A stretch of 32,000 nt of DNA from Vibrio vulnificus CMCP6 (GTDB taxonomy: Bacteria; Pseudomonadota; Gammaproteobacteria; Enterobacterales; Vibrionaceae), in NCBI RefSeq assembly GCF_000039765.1, contig NC_004459.3, positions 1,380,001 through 1,412,000 on the forward strand, read 5' to 3'. The position numbers and the translations under genes were made by a program. Shown one piece after another: positions 15,289 through 28,059 of the stretch. How positions within the stretch are numbered: the stretch's first letter is position 1; every line of letters begins with the position of its first letter. Under the pieces are notes generated by a model, which ran no database searches, was not told the origin of the DNA, and was given only the letters and a program-made list of their open reading frames with translations.

Positions 15289-16419
15289 ATGAAGATTGAG
15301 CAAATTGTATGGCAAGAAGGTCATTGGCAAGGTTTATCTTCCTCCAGGCAGTTAGATAGCATAAATACATTAATCATCGTGTTTGGACGAGCGAGTGATA
15401 CATCGCTCGAGCAGTTAAGCGCTCAGATGCCCTACTCCCAAGTCATAGGTTGTAGCACAGCAGGAGAAATTATTGACAATACGATTCTTGAAGATGCTGT
15501 AGTTGCAACCATCATACTATTTGAAAAGTCGACAATTCATCTAGCGAGTGCACACATCGAAGACGGAATGAGAGCAAGTTTCAACATCGGAGTTCAGTTA
15601 GGTCAGGAGTTATCTTCTCACAAGGATAATTTAAAACACGTCTTTGTTCTGAGTGATGGTTTGCTCATTAATGGGGGGCATCTTGTTGAAGGCTTTCATT
15701 CTGTCTTGCCGAAAAACATTAAAGTGACTGGCGGGTTAGCGGGTGATGGTGAGCGGTTTGAGCAAACAACCGTGATTTCAGGAAACCGATCTAGCTCCGG
15801 GCTTGTGGTTGCGTTAGGGTTGTATGGTGAGCATTTGTCGGTAGGGTATGGTTCACGTGGCGGTTGGTGTCCTTTTGGCATGGAAAGAAAGGTAACACGT
15901 TCAACCGATAATGTTCTTTATGAGCTTGACGATCAGGATGCTTTGTCTATATACAAAACGTATTTAGGAGACTTAGCACAAGAACTGCCCGCTAGTGGTT
16001 TGCGATTTCCCCTAGAGATTAGTGTACCTGGTCAAGAGCTAAAGCTTGTGCGCACGTTACTCGCGATTGATGAGGCGCAAGGATCGATAACGTTTGCAGG
16101 CAACGTACCCAAAGGCGTCACTGCTAAATTGATGAGAGCCAGTTCAGAATCGCTTATTGAGGGGGCGCGTAATGCCGCGAGTTTGTGCCATCACGATAGT
16201 TCATCTCCTGCGTTGGCTATCTTAATCAGTTGTGTAGGAAGGCGCTTACTGTTGAGGCAGTTGGCTGAAGACGAGGTTGAGGCGGTGAGCGAAGAGTTAG
16301 GCGAAAATACTCGGGTATGCGGTTTTTACTCGTATGGTGAGATTGCCCCTAGTTCGGAGGAAGGAAGCGCAGATCTGCATAATCAAACCATGACCATTAC
16401 TGTTCTGTCGGAAATATAG
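15289..16419 (+). CDS. FIST N/C domain signal-transduction protein (possible NosP-like heme/NO sensor)
   Basis: 376 aa. N-terminal LIIVFGRASD...VIGCSTAGEI, VFVLSDG, TGGLAGDG; C-terminal ILISCVGRRLLLRQ...VCGFYSYGEIAPSS. These match the FIST_N and FIST_C organisation. Confidence 0.88.
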   Translation: MKIEQIVWQEGHWQGLSSSRQLDSINTLIIVFGRASDTSLEQLSAQMPYSQVIGCSTAGEIIDNTILEDAVVATIILFEKSTIHLASAHIEDGMRASFNIGVQLGQELSSHKDNLKHVFVLSDGLLINGGHLVEGFHSVLPKNIKVTGGLAGDGERFEQTTVISGNRSSSGLVVALGLYGEHLSVGYGSRGGWCPFGMERKVTRSTDNVLYELDDQDALSIYKTYLGDLAQELPASGLRFPLEISVPGQELKLVRTLLAIDEAQGSITFAGNVPKGVTAKLMRASSESLIEGARNAASLCHHDSSSPALAILISCVGRRLLLRQLAEDEVEAVSEELGENTRVCGFYSYGEIAPSSEEGSADLHNQTMTITVLSEI

Positions 16420-16420
16420 T

Positions 16421-17860
16421 ATGCATCGCTTACTGCAGCGACAGCTCAGAAAAGTATTTCCGCAAGGTCTCCCCGATGACCCTAAAATTCAATTGTTGGT
16501 TGAGTTGGTGGAGTCTGGCTATCAGTCCTTCTCAGAGCAACTCACGATATTAGAGCGTTCACTAGACATTAGCAGTGATGAGCTCAATCAACGCAACCAA
16601 ACCTTAAATTCGATTTTGGACTCATTGCCTGACATGAGTTTATGGATGGATAAAGATGGCATTATTCGAGATGTCAGAATTGGTCATTTTGACCCTCCAC
16701 TACTTAGCCATGATACTGATACGGATTGCATTTTTGAGCTCCCTTTCATCAAAGCATCTAGCGAGTTTCAAGCTTTTCTTGAGAACTATCAGTCACGTGG
16801 TGGAAGAAGCGAAGACATCGCATTTCAGTTGGATGACCACGAATATAGAGTGAGGGCGAACATTACTGCTGTCGGGAATCATCGTTGGCTGCTTGTGTTA
16901 CAAGACATCTACCTGCGTAAAAAGCTCGAAGAGATGCAATATCAGCGTTTACAACAATCGAAACGTGCTGAAAAACAACTACAGCAGCTCGTAAACTCTG
17001 CTCCTATTGGTATTTTGATTTGCGATCCTCGATTGAATATTTTGATGACGAATGATTTTATTTGTCAGCTATTTGGTATGTCTGAACAAGATGTGTTGTC
17101 CCACCATCCTATGGATTTTATCTCTTTGCGCAGCCGGGATTTATTCCAGCGTTATATTCAAAAAACCATTAACGAACAAGATAGTCAGGAAATTGCTCGT
17201 GCGGATTTGTTACTCATGCTGCCGGAAAAGAAAGATATTCCGATTGAGATGGCCTTCAGCCGCTTAGTTTTTGAAGGCAAACCAATGATCATCATGTCGA
17301 TCACCGATATCAGTGAACGTAAAAAGCTTGAAGCCATGTTGCGTAATCTGGCGGCGACCGATCCGCTTACAGGTGCATTTAATCGCCGTAGTTTTATGGA
17401 GCAAGCCGAAAAATCAATCAGAACGTGTCAACGTTGGAACTGTCCACTGTCAATCATGATCCTAGATATCGATCACTTTAAACAATTCAACGATAGCTAT
17501 GGTCATGCCGCTGGTGACTTGGTCCTTGTTGAACTTGTTAAGATGGCTGATTTATCAACACGAGAAATAGATATTATCGGTCGTCTAGGAGGAGAAGAGT
17601 TCGCCGTTGTGCTACCGGGATTAGGTGAAAAGGAAGCATTTGAAGTGGCGAAGCGATTACGAAGCGTTGTGGAAAACATGCAAGTCAATTATGAACAGCA
17701 ACCGTTACAAATGACTATTAGCATTGGCGTGGCAACATTGCAGCCGTCGGAGCTTAACACACCTCTCGAACAATTGATGAAACAGGCTGATGAAGGCCTC
17801 TATTACGCAAAAGCGCATGGTCGAAACTGTGTTATCTCACCACTGTTAATGAATGGCTGA
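16421..17860 (+). CDS. PAS-GGDEF protein, predicted diguanylate cyclase
   Basis: 479 aa. N-terminal helical segment, PAS-like segments (LNSILDSLPDMSLWMDKDG; LVNSAPIGILICDPRLNILMTND), then DPLTGAFNRRSF, ILDIDHFKQFNDSYGHAAGD and GRLGGEEFAVVLPG. Confidence 0.93.
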   Translation: MHRLLQRQLRKVFPQGLPDDPKIQLLVELVESGYQSFSEQLTILERSLDISSDELNQRNQTLNSILDSLPDMSLWMDKDGIIRDVRIGHFDPPLLSHDTDTDCIFELPFIKASSEFQAFLENYQSRGGRSEDIAFQLDDHEYRVRANITAVGNHRWLLVLQDIYLRKKLEEMQYQRLQQSKRAEKQLQQLVNSAPIGILICDPRLNILMTNDFICQLFGMSEQDVLSHHPMDFISLRSRDLFQRYIQKTINEQDSQEIARADLLLMLPEKKDIPIEMAFSRLVFEGKPMIIMSITDISERKKLEAMLRNLAATDPLTGAFNRRSFMEQAEKSIRTCQRWNCPLSIMILDIDHFKQFNDSYGHAAGDLVLVELVKMADLSTREIDIIGRLGGEEFAVVLPGLGEKEAFEVAKRLRSVVENMQVNYEQQPLQMTISIGVATLQPSELNTPLEQLMKQADEGLYYAKAHGRNCVISPLLMNG

Positions 17861-17889
17861 AGTAAAAAGGGCCCTAAGGCCCTTAATCA

Positions 17890-19224
17890 TTATGATGTAA
17901 TGGATTCTGTCTTGCCCTCAGGAACAGTCACCGAACTTTGCTTCGCTTCGAATTCAGCTTCTGATTTTTTGGCTTTCTCGATCATTGGAGTGATGGTTGA
18001 ACCCTGAACCAATATTGAAAAAACCACCACCGCGTAGGTCATCACCAGAATAATCTCTTTCACGTCGATGAGTTTATCTGAAATAACCCAGATACCCGAT
18101 GGAATTGAGAGTGCCATCGCTAAGGCCAAGCCACCGCGCAACCCGCCCCAAGTGAGGATTTTAATTGACCATGGATTGTATTGGCGGAAGCGTTTAAAGC
18201 CGATATAGGACAAAAATACGCTGAGGTAACGAGCGATTAAGACCAGTGGAATAGCGATGGCCATCAAAATCCAGTCCTCTTGATGGAATTTAAACAGCAA
18301 CATCGACATACCAATCAGAAGGAAAAGCACACCGTTAAGAAACTCATCCACCAGTTCCCAGAAATGATCGAGATGATCTTCACTCTCTTTAGAGAAGCCG
18401 ATGAATCGTGTCCAGTTACCAATCATAATGCCAGAGACCACCATTGCTAATGGACCAGAAACATGGAGCACTTCTGCAAAAGCATAACCTGCCGTTGGGA
18501 TGCCAATGGTGAGTAGTAGCTCCATTGAGTGGTCATCAGTGGCACAGATAAGATAATGGAAGAGTAACCCCAATGCGAAACCATACAAAATACCGCCGAT
18601 GGCTTCCTGGATAAACAACATGGTAACGCTACCTACCGTGGGTGTTTCGTGGCCAAATGCGATGGTAAACAAGGTCACAAAAATCACAAGGCCAAAACCA
18701 TCATTGAAGAGTGATTCCCCTTCAATTTGCGTTGAGATTCTACGAGGTGCCTTGAGTTTTTTCACGATAGCCAAAACGGCGATCGGGTCGGTCGGTGAAA
18801 TGAGTGCACCGAAAAGCAGGCAGTAAATCAGATCAAACTGAATACCAATGAGCTGGCAAATGCCATACAGAGCAAAACCAATAAAGAAAGTAGAGAAAAG
18901 TGTCGCACCTAGCGCCAACACGGTAATTTCCCATTTTTGGTCTTTAAGGTTGGGTAGTTTGATACCTAAACCACCGGCAAACAATAAGAAGCCCAAAATA
19001 CCTTTGAGGAGGAAATCTTCAAAGTCGATGCTCGACATGGTTTGTGTGGCGATTTCAGTTAAGTGGAACCAGTTGTTCTGACCAGCAATTAAAATAAGTA
19101 ATGAGAGCACCATTGAACCTGCGGTAATCGCGATGGTAGTCTGCATTTTGCCTATCTTGCTGTTTACAAAAGCAATCAACATTGCTGCAGCGGATAGAAA
19201 GCAGAGAGTATAGTAGACCGACAT
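17890..19224 (-). CDS. CPA1-family Na+/H+ (cation:proton) antiporter
   Basis: About 12 TM segments, GALISPTDPIAVLAIVKKLKAPRRISTQIEGESLFNDGFGLVIF and TWGGLRGGLALAMALS. The ATG at 19224 (MSVYYTL...) is preferred. The ORF-track start at 19245 is a TTG. Confidence 0.9.
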   Translation of the reverse strand: MSVYYTLCFLSAAAMLIAFVNSKIGKMQTTIAITAGSMVLSLLILIAGQNNWFHLTEIATQTMSSIDFEDFLLKGILGFLLFAGGLGIKLPNLKDQKWEITVLALGATLFSTFFIGFALYGICQLIGIQFDLIYCLLFGALISPTDPIAVLAIVKKLKAPRRISTQIEGESLFNDGFGLVIFVTLFTIAFGHETPTVGSVTMLFIQEAIGGILYGFALGLLFHYLICATDDHSMELLLTIGIPTAGYAFAEVLHVSGPLAMVVSGIMIGNWTRFIGFSKESEDHLDHFWELVDEFLNGVLFLLIGMSMLLFKFHQEDWILMAIAIPLVLIARYLSVFLSYIGFKRFRQYNPWSIKILTWGGLRGGLALAMALSIPSGIWVISDKLIDVKEIILVMTYAVVVFSILVQGSTITPMIEKAKKSEAEFEAKQSSVTVPEGKTESITS

Positions 19225-19350
19225 ACAGTTCTCTATTTGTAACAATTTGTGAACGAAATTCTCCTCGTTTGATGAGCAAATAGCAATCTCTTTTTCCTAG
19301 TAAAATAGTCCAAGAGGATTGCAGGCAAAATAGTCAAAATTAGTATTTTT

Positions 19351-19366
19351 AGACGTCTAGACTCCT
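19351..19366 (+). promoter_or_regulatory. MetJ operator (tandem met boxes) upstream of metH
   Basis: AGACGTCT AGACTCCT: one perfect 8-mer met box followed in register by a 6/8 match to the consensus AGACGTCT. Confidence 0.85.
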
Positions 19367-19417
19367 GAAAATTGTGTGATAGGATGTCAACATTAGAAAA
19401 AGGAATGAGGCGGTACT

Positions 19418-23098
<3,681 letters not shown>

Positions 23099-23121
23099 TA
23101 CTGGCCAGCGTTGAGCAAACG

Positions 23122-23148
23122 AAAAGGTCACAGCGATGTGACCTTTTC
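23122..23148 (+). terminator. Likely Rho-independent terminator after metH
   Basis: aaaaggtcacagcgatgtgaccttttc; roughly symmetric, so it may also serve lysC from the other strand. Confidence 0.75.
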
Positions 23149-23179
23149 TCTTTGGATCAATGTGATCTTGAAACGATGT

Positions 23180-24529
23180 TTAGCGTTCAAAAAGATCTTG
23201 ATGCAGTTTTTGGATCACGCTCTTAGAGTCGTGTGCATCGACTAAGAAGCAAAGGTTGTGATCACTTGCCCCGTAACAGATCATACGCAAATTGAAATCC
23301 CCTAAGGTGCTGAAGACTTCTTTAGCGTAACCCTTTGTCTCCATATGATTGCCGATCAAGGCCACCAGACAAAGGTTGTGCTCGACTTCAACAGTGCATA
23401 GCTCTTCAAGCTCCTCTCGCGCGGCCTGTGGCAGTTCAGGTGCACCACCAGAAGTGTCCGTTTTGTCTAGAGTGAGGGAAACGCTGATCTCTGAGGTTGT
23501 GATCAAATCCACGGAGATTTTATGTTTTGCGAGAATTTCAAATACTTTGGCTAAGAAGCCGTACGCATGGAACATTTTCGCACTGCGTAAGGTGACCATA
23601 GTCTGATTGCAACGCAGTGCCAGTGCACGGAAAAGCGGCGAGCTTTGTGCTTCGTGGCGAATCCAAGTACCGCCTTTTTCTGGCTCTTTTGACGATCCGA
23701 CAAAAACTGGAATGTCGTGACGAAGGGCTGGAACGAGCGTTGATGGGTGCAGAATTTTGGCACCAAAGTTAGCCATTTCAGACGCTTCTGCAAAGCTGAT
23801 TTCTGGAATTGGCGCTGCTTTCGCCGCAATGCGAGGATCAGTGGTGTAGATCCCTGGAACATCGGTCCAAATCTCTAGGCCACTTGCTTTAACGCCTTCG
23901 GCAATCAAAGCCGCACTGTAATCACTGCCACCACGGCCTAAGGTGGTGGTATTACCTTCCTCATCCGAGCCGATGAAGCCTTGAGTCACTACCACGTAAT
24001 CGCGGCAAAGTGGTAAAAGCTTCTCTTGCGCCAGCTCTGCAATCTTTGCCACGTCAGGTTCTGCGCGGCCAAAGTTGTCATCTGTGCGTAGGACTTCTCG
24101 AATATCAAATCGCACCGCGTTGACTCCACGCTCACGCATCAACTGGGCCAGAATATGAGTCGACATCAACTCACCACACGCGACCAAGTGGTCGGTGAGT
24201 TTATTGCTGGCTTGAATCGATGCGGCTTCAGCAAGGCTAGTGATGGTATCTAGAATGGCATACACTTCCGCCGCCGCTTCTGTTGCATCTTCCAATTGAT
24301 TGAGAATCGCGTCATGAATTTCAGCCAATTGGGCTAGAAGTTCAGCGCGTCTTTCCTGTGATTGAACACCATTGGCCAACTCTACCAATAGGTTAGTGAC
24401 GCCAGAGCATGCACTGCTTACCACTAAGCGTGTCTCTGGATTGTTTTCAATAATGGCCGAGCAACGACTCATTGCCTCAAAGTTTGCAACACTTGTTCCA
24501 CCAAATTTCGCTACATTCAATGCGCTCAC
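23180..24529 (-). CDS. lysC: Lysine-sensitive aspartokinase 3
   Basis: Starts GTG-AGC-GCA (MSALNVAKFGGTSVANFEAMSR). Also TTTLGRGGSDYSAALIAEG and the ACT region (KISVDLITTSEISVSLTLDK). The 24652 start in the ORF track runs back through the leader. Confidence 0.96.
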   Translation of the reverse strand: MSALNVAKFGGTSVANFEAMSRCSAIIENNPETRLVVSSACSGVTNLLVELANGVQSQERRAELLAQLAEIHDAILNQLEDATEAAAEVYAILDTITSLAEAASIQASNKLTDHLVACGELMSTHILAQLMRERGVNAVRFDIREVLRTDDNFGRAEPDVAKIAELAQEKLLPLCRDYVVVTQGFIGSDEEGNTTTLGRGGSDYSAALIAEGVKASGLEIWTDVPGIYTTDPRIAAKAAPIPEISFAEASEMANFGAKILHPSTLVPALRHDIPVFVGSSKEPEKGGTWIRHEAQSSPLFRALALRCNQTMVTLRSAKMFHAYGFLAKVFEILAKHKISVDLITTSEISVSLTLDKTDTSGGAPELPQAAREELEELCTVEVEHNLCLVALIGNHMETKGYAKEVFSTLGDFNLRMICYGASDHNLCFLVDAHDSKSVIQKLHQDLFER

Positions 24530-24652
24530 GGCATTTCTCCCACGACTTCCGAAAAATATTAACCGTTGGTAATCCAACATCCGATGTTTGTTTTGGTGAG
24601 GAAAGGGGCAGAGCAGTTTAGAGAGGTCAGTTTGAATAATCAGAAAATCCAT

Positions 24653-24824
24653 CTCAGAAGCTCTTCATCAGGCTGAGCTGATGACAGTTGATGGGACTCA
24701 ACCCAAGTCAACCGACAGATCAAATCCTGCAATTTTGATCTACCTCGGCACTACTCCCCCTGAATGTTCTGTGTTGGAGTTGCGGCTCCACAAAACATCT
24801 GCCTGGGCAGTGCTCCTCTTCTGC
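24653..24824 (-). promoter_or_regulatory. Lysine riboswitch (L box) upstream of lysC
   Basis: The minus strand reads cagaagaggagcactgcccaggcag...agccgcaactcc...cagggggagtagtgccgagg...gttgacttgggttgagtc...gaagagcttctg. It resembles the L-box core, and the terminal helix cagaag/cttctg closes the element about 120 nt upstream of lysC. Confidence 0.85.
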
Positions 24825-25043
24825 AAAAAGCTTAAACATTGAACGTTTTTCACACTCCAATGTCAACGCTTAATTCGATCGTGATTGAAAGTTTTTATTA
24901 ACAAATTTGTGACACTGGTTTGACCTCTAAGACTGTCGGCTAATTGCTGTCGTTGCTCGTTTGCTTTAGTGTGGAGAAACATAATTTGCATTAAAACGAT
25001 TACGCTGTCCGTTAACCTTTTTCACGCTTAGCAAGGAGCCGGT

Positions 25044-26165
25044 ATGTCAATTCAAAGCTTTATTCCACCACGCCGTATTTTAATGGGGCCAGGACCGTCT
25101 GATATTTCCCCGCAAGTATTACAAGCACTTAGCCGCCCAACCGTGGGGCACTTGGACCCGCTGTTTATTCAGATGATGGATGAGCTCAAACAATTGCTTA
25201 AATACGCCTTTCAAACTAAGAATGACTTTACCATTGCGGTCTCTGCGCCAGGCAGTGCGGGAATGGAAGCGTGCTTTGTGAACCTGATTGAACCGGGAGA
25301 TAAAGTCATCGTCTGCCGCAATGGCGTGTTTGGTGAGCGCATGCGTGAAAATGTCATTCGCGCTGGTGGTGAGGCGATATTAGTGGATGATGAGTGGGGA
25401 ACACCAGTCTCGATTGAGAAGGTCGAGCAGGCCTTAACGCAACATCCGGATACCAAAATTCTGGCTTTTGTTCATGCAGAAACATCGACAGGCGCAAGAA
25501 GTGATGCGGAGACACTGGGGAAATTAGCAAAACAATATGGAGTGCTGACGATCGTTGATACGGTCACTTCGCTGGGAGGCATTCCGCTTAAAGTCGATGA
25601 ATGGCAACTTGATGCTGTGTATTCCGGTAGTCAAAAATGTCTCTCTTGTGTCCCGGGTCTTGCTCCTGTGACGTTTTCTTCTGCCGCCATTGAGAAAATT
25701 CAGTCACGTAAAATACCCGTGCAAAGCTGGTTCTTAGACCAAAGCTTAGTGTTAGGGTATTGGAGTGGGGAAGGAAAACGCAGTTATCATCATACCGCAC
25801 CCGTCAACAGTTTGTATTCACTGCACGAAGCGTTGTTGATGCTGAAAAATGAAGGCCTGGAGAACGCTTGGGCGCGGCACGAAAAGATGCACAACAAGCT
25901 GAAAGTGGGTCTCGAAAAATTGGGGTTCCAATTTGTGGTCGATGAAGCGTACCGTTTGCCTCAACTCAACGCGATCTATGTGCCGGAAGGTATCGATGAA
26001 GCGAAAGTGCGTAGCCATTTGCTTGAAACCTATAACTTGGAAATTGGCGCCGGTCTAGGAGCGTTAGCTGGTAAAGCGTGGCGTATAGGCTTGATGGGTT
26101 ACGGTGCGAGAGAGGAAAATGTCGCGTTATGTTTAAGAGCGCTTGAAGAGTCGCTCACTCAATAA
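25044..26165 (+). CDS. Alanine/serine-glyoxylate-type PLP aminotransferase (class V)
   Basis: 373 aa. LMGPGPSDISPQVLQALSRPTVGHLDP, ETSTGARSD, and DAVYSGSQKCLSCVPGLAPVTFS with the PLP lysine. Substrate not determinable from sequence. Confidence 0.9.
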   Translation: MSIQSFIPPRRILMGPGPSDISPQVLQALSRPTVGHLDPLFIQMMDELKQLLKYAFQTKNDFTIAVSAPGSAGMEACFVNLIEPGDKVIVCRNGVFGERMRENVIRAGGEAILVDDEWGTPVSIEKVEQALTQHPDTKILAFVHAETSTGARSDAETLGKLAKQYGVLTIVDTVTSLGGIPLKVDEWQLDAVYSGSQKCLSCVPGLAPVTFSSAAIEKIQSRKIPVQSWFLDQSLVLGYWSGEGKRSYHHTAPVNSLYSLHEALLMLKNEGLENAWARHEKMHNKLKVGLEKLGFQFVVDEAYRLPQLNAIYVPEGIDEAKVRSHLLETYNLEIGAGLGALAGKAWRIGLMGYGAREENVALCLRALEESLTQ

Positions 26166-26184
26166 TCTTTGGTCAGTTAACAAT

Positions 26185-26216
26185 AAAAAAGCGAAGCTGG
26201 TGAGCTTCGCTTTTGT
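26185..26216. terminator. Bidirectional terminator between convergent genes
   Basis: aaaaaagcgaagctggtgagcttcgcttttg: hairpin flanked by an A run and a T run. Confidence 0.8.
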
Positions 26217-26229
26217 ATTACATGACAAA

Positions 26230-27993
26230 CTACTGACCGGACGACACGGAGTGAGACAATGCCGCTGACGGTGGTTGATAGTGAATGTTGCTGAAGTCGT
26301 TTTTAGGGAAGAGGAATTCAGCTTCCGTCTTTACTTGTTCTGCCTTACTCAAATCGCCAAGCCCTTGGTAGGCTAAGATTAAATTGGAATAAAACGCTGG
26401 TCTTGGCTTGGTCTTAATAATGTCAAGGGACCAATCAATATAGGGCTGAATCAATTTGGCATCTTGTGTTGCTAAGCCAATGTTGAGGTAGGTGCTGTAG
26501 ACATCCCAATCGAAACGATCTTTCCACACCACGGGATTGGTGACGCGTTGTAAGAGATCTGGATTGACTGGGCGAGTGGTTTCAAACTTGGTCAGCACGT
26601 AGTTAGTATGCAGGGCGCTCAGCATGTAGAAAGTGGTCAGTATCGGCACCACTAAACTGGCGATTCGTAATGCCGTTTTACTGATGCGAGAAAAATTCAC
26701 GCTTTTGACTTTCGCTACACGTTGATCAACCCAATAGATGAGTATGATGAAAATCAGCCAGTGTGCCGCAGAGTGATAAAAAGGGTACTCCAGTTGACTG
26801 TGTAGTACGATCGGCACAAACAAGGCAAACATGGCCAAACGCGTGCCTTTCTTGGCACTGTAGATTCGGTTCAATACCAAGATGGCTGCGAGAAAAATCC
26901 CTAATAGTGGAACAAGCCCACCTTCTACACCCCAATAGAGTAGCTCGTTATGTGGATGATCCATCGCCGGAAGTGCTGGTGGATATTGCTTGTTGAGTAA
27001 GTGCTGCCTTGCCGTGTACAAGGTGTAAGCCGATTCAAAATTGCCGTAACCGTAGCCAGTAAAAGGCTTCTCTATCAGCATGTCGAGTGCTTGTGGGAAG
27101 GTATAGGCTCTTGCTGATTCTAAATTGGTTTTCTGCCCCGCCAAATTGCTCTCGGTGCTTTGAAGTAGCGCACCGGATAAGCTTAAACCCAGAATAATGG
27201 ACCCCAGCCAACCCCAAAAACGAATTTTAGTACCAAATCGGTAGAGATAGGGCAGCAACAAAAGAGTGGCAATCATAGCGGCTAGCCAACCGGTACGAGA
27301 GGCTAACACCACGATCAAAGGGACGGTGAGCAGTGGAATCAAATAGAGTAAAGTGATTTCACTCAGATGCTTATTGTATTTGTGTGGCTGTCTCGCTAGT
27401 AGGTAGCCAGAAATAATTAACCCCGTTGCAAGGAAGCTTGCCATCACATTGGGTTGTTGAAATATGCCATATGGTCGATTTGACAGCGTGTCATACCCCA
27501 TCCAATTACCGGGTTTGAGCCAAAGGAACTGGTAATAACCGATGAAGGATTCGATCACGACAGCCAATACGACCAGCCATAACAAGCGTTGTTTGTATTT
27601 ATTACTAAAGCTAAATTGTTGCAGTAACACAAAGAAGCCAAAGCCAGCCCAGAGGCCAACTAAGCGACTCACCGACTGCATGTAGTGACTGTTGGCATAA
27701 AAAAGTGGCACGGTCAGAATGAGACAACTGACAAATAGGCCAATGGTCAGTTTGGAATAACGTAAATATTGCTGGCTAGCAAGCTGGTAGCAACCAAGCG
27801 CAAAGACAAAGGAGAACGCAATCCAAGTGGTTGGGTTGAAAGAGAGCGCAAGCCCCGCGCCTCCAGGATTGGGCATAAAGAAATGCATAGCGACGAGAAA
27901 GAGGATCGCCAGTGCCAGTAAAAACTTTTTGTTGAGAGGCACTTGTGCCTTAGGTTCTGCTAATTGCGTACCGCTTACGTGTATCGTTGCCAT
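26230..27993 (-). CDS. pglL: PglL-family O-oligosaccharyltransferase (Wzy_C / Wzy_C_2-like membrane protein)
   Basis: 587 aa, multi-TM. YRPYGIFQQPNVMASFLATGL, SRTGWLAAM, GYGYGNFESAYTLYTARQ and MDHPHNELLYWGVEGGLVPLLG, plus a soluble C-terminal part. The sequence places it on the minus strand (start codon cat at 27991-27993). Confidence 0.82.
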   Translation of the reverse strand: MATIHVSGTQLAEPKAQVPLNKKFLLALAILFLVAMHFFMPNPGGAGLALSFNPTTWIAFSFVFALGCYQLASQQYLRYSKLTIGLFVSCLILTVPLFYANSHYMQSVSRLVGLWAGFGFFVLLQQFSFSNKYKQRLLWLVVLAVVIESFIGYYQFLWLKPGNWMGYDTLSNRPYGIFQQPNVMASFLATGLIISGYLLARQPHKYNKHLSEITLLYLIPLLTVPLIVVLASRTGWLAAMIATLLLLPYLYRFGTKIRFWGWLGSIILGLSLSGALLQSTESNLAGQKTNLESARAYTFPQALDMLIEKPFTGYGYGNFESAYTLYTARQHLLNKQYPPALPAMDHPHNELLYWGVEGGLVPLLGIFLAAILVLNRIYSAKKGTRLAMFALFVPIVLHSQLEYPFYHSAAHWLIFIILIYWVDQRVAKVKSVNFSRISKTALRIASLVVPILTTFYMLSALHTNYVLTKFETTRPVNPDLLQRVTNPVVWKDRFDWDVYSTYLNIGLATQDAKLIQPYIDWSLDIIKTKPRPAFYSNLILAYQGLGDLSKAEQVKTEAEFLFPKNDFSNIHYQPPSAALSHSVSSGQ

Positions 27994-28059
27994 AACGTGA
28001 TTCTTAATCTGAAAAAAGAAACCAGCTTTACGCTGGTTTCATCACTTTACCTGTTTTTT

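Noticed and set aside
17868-17884. Hairpin aagggccctaaggccctt as a strong terminator of the GGDEF gene
   Set aside because: It has good pairing but no convincing T run on either strand, so it is not called as a terminator feature.
24530-24652. N-terminal extension of lysC in the ORF track
   Set aside because: Conserved LysC begins at the GTG before SALNVAKFGGTSV. The upstream stretch is the leader next to the riboswitch.
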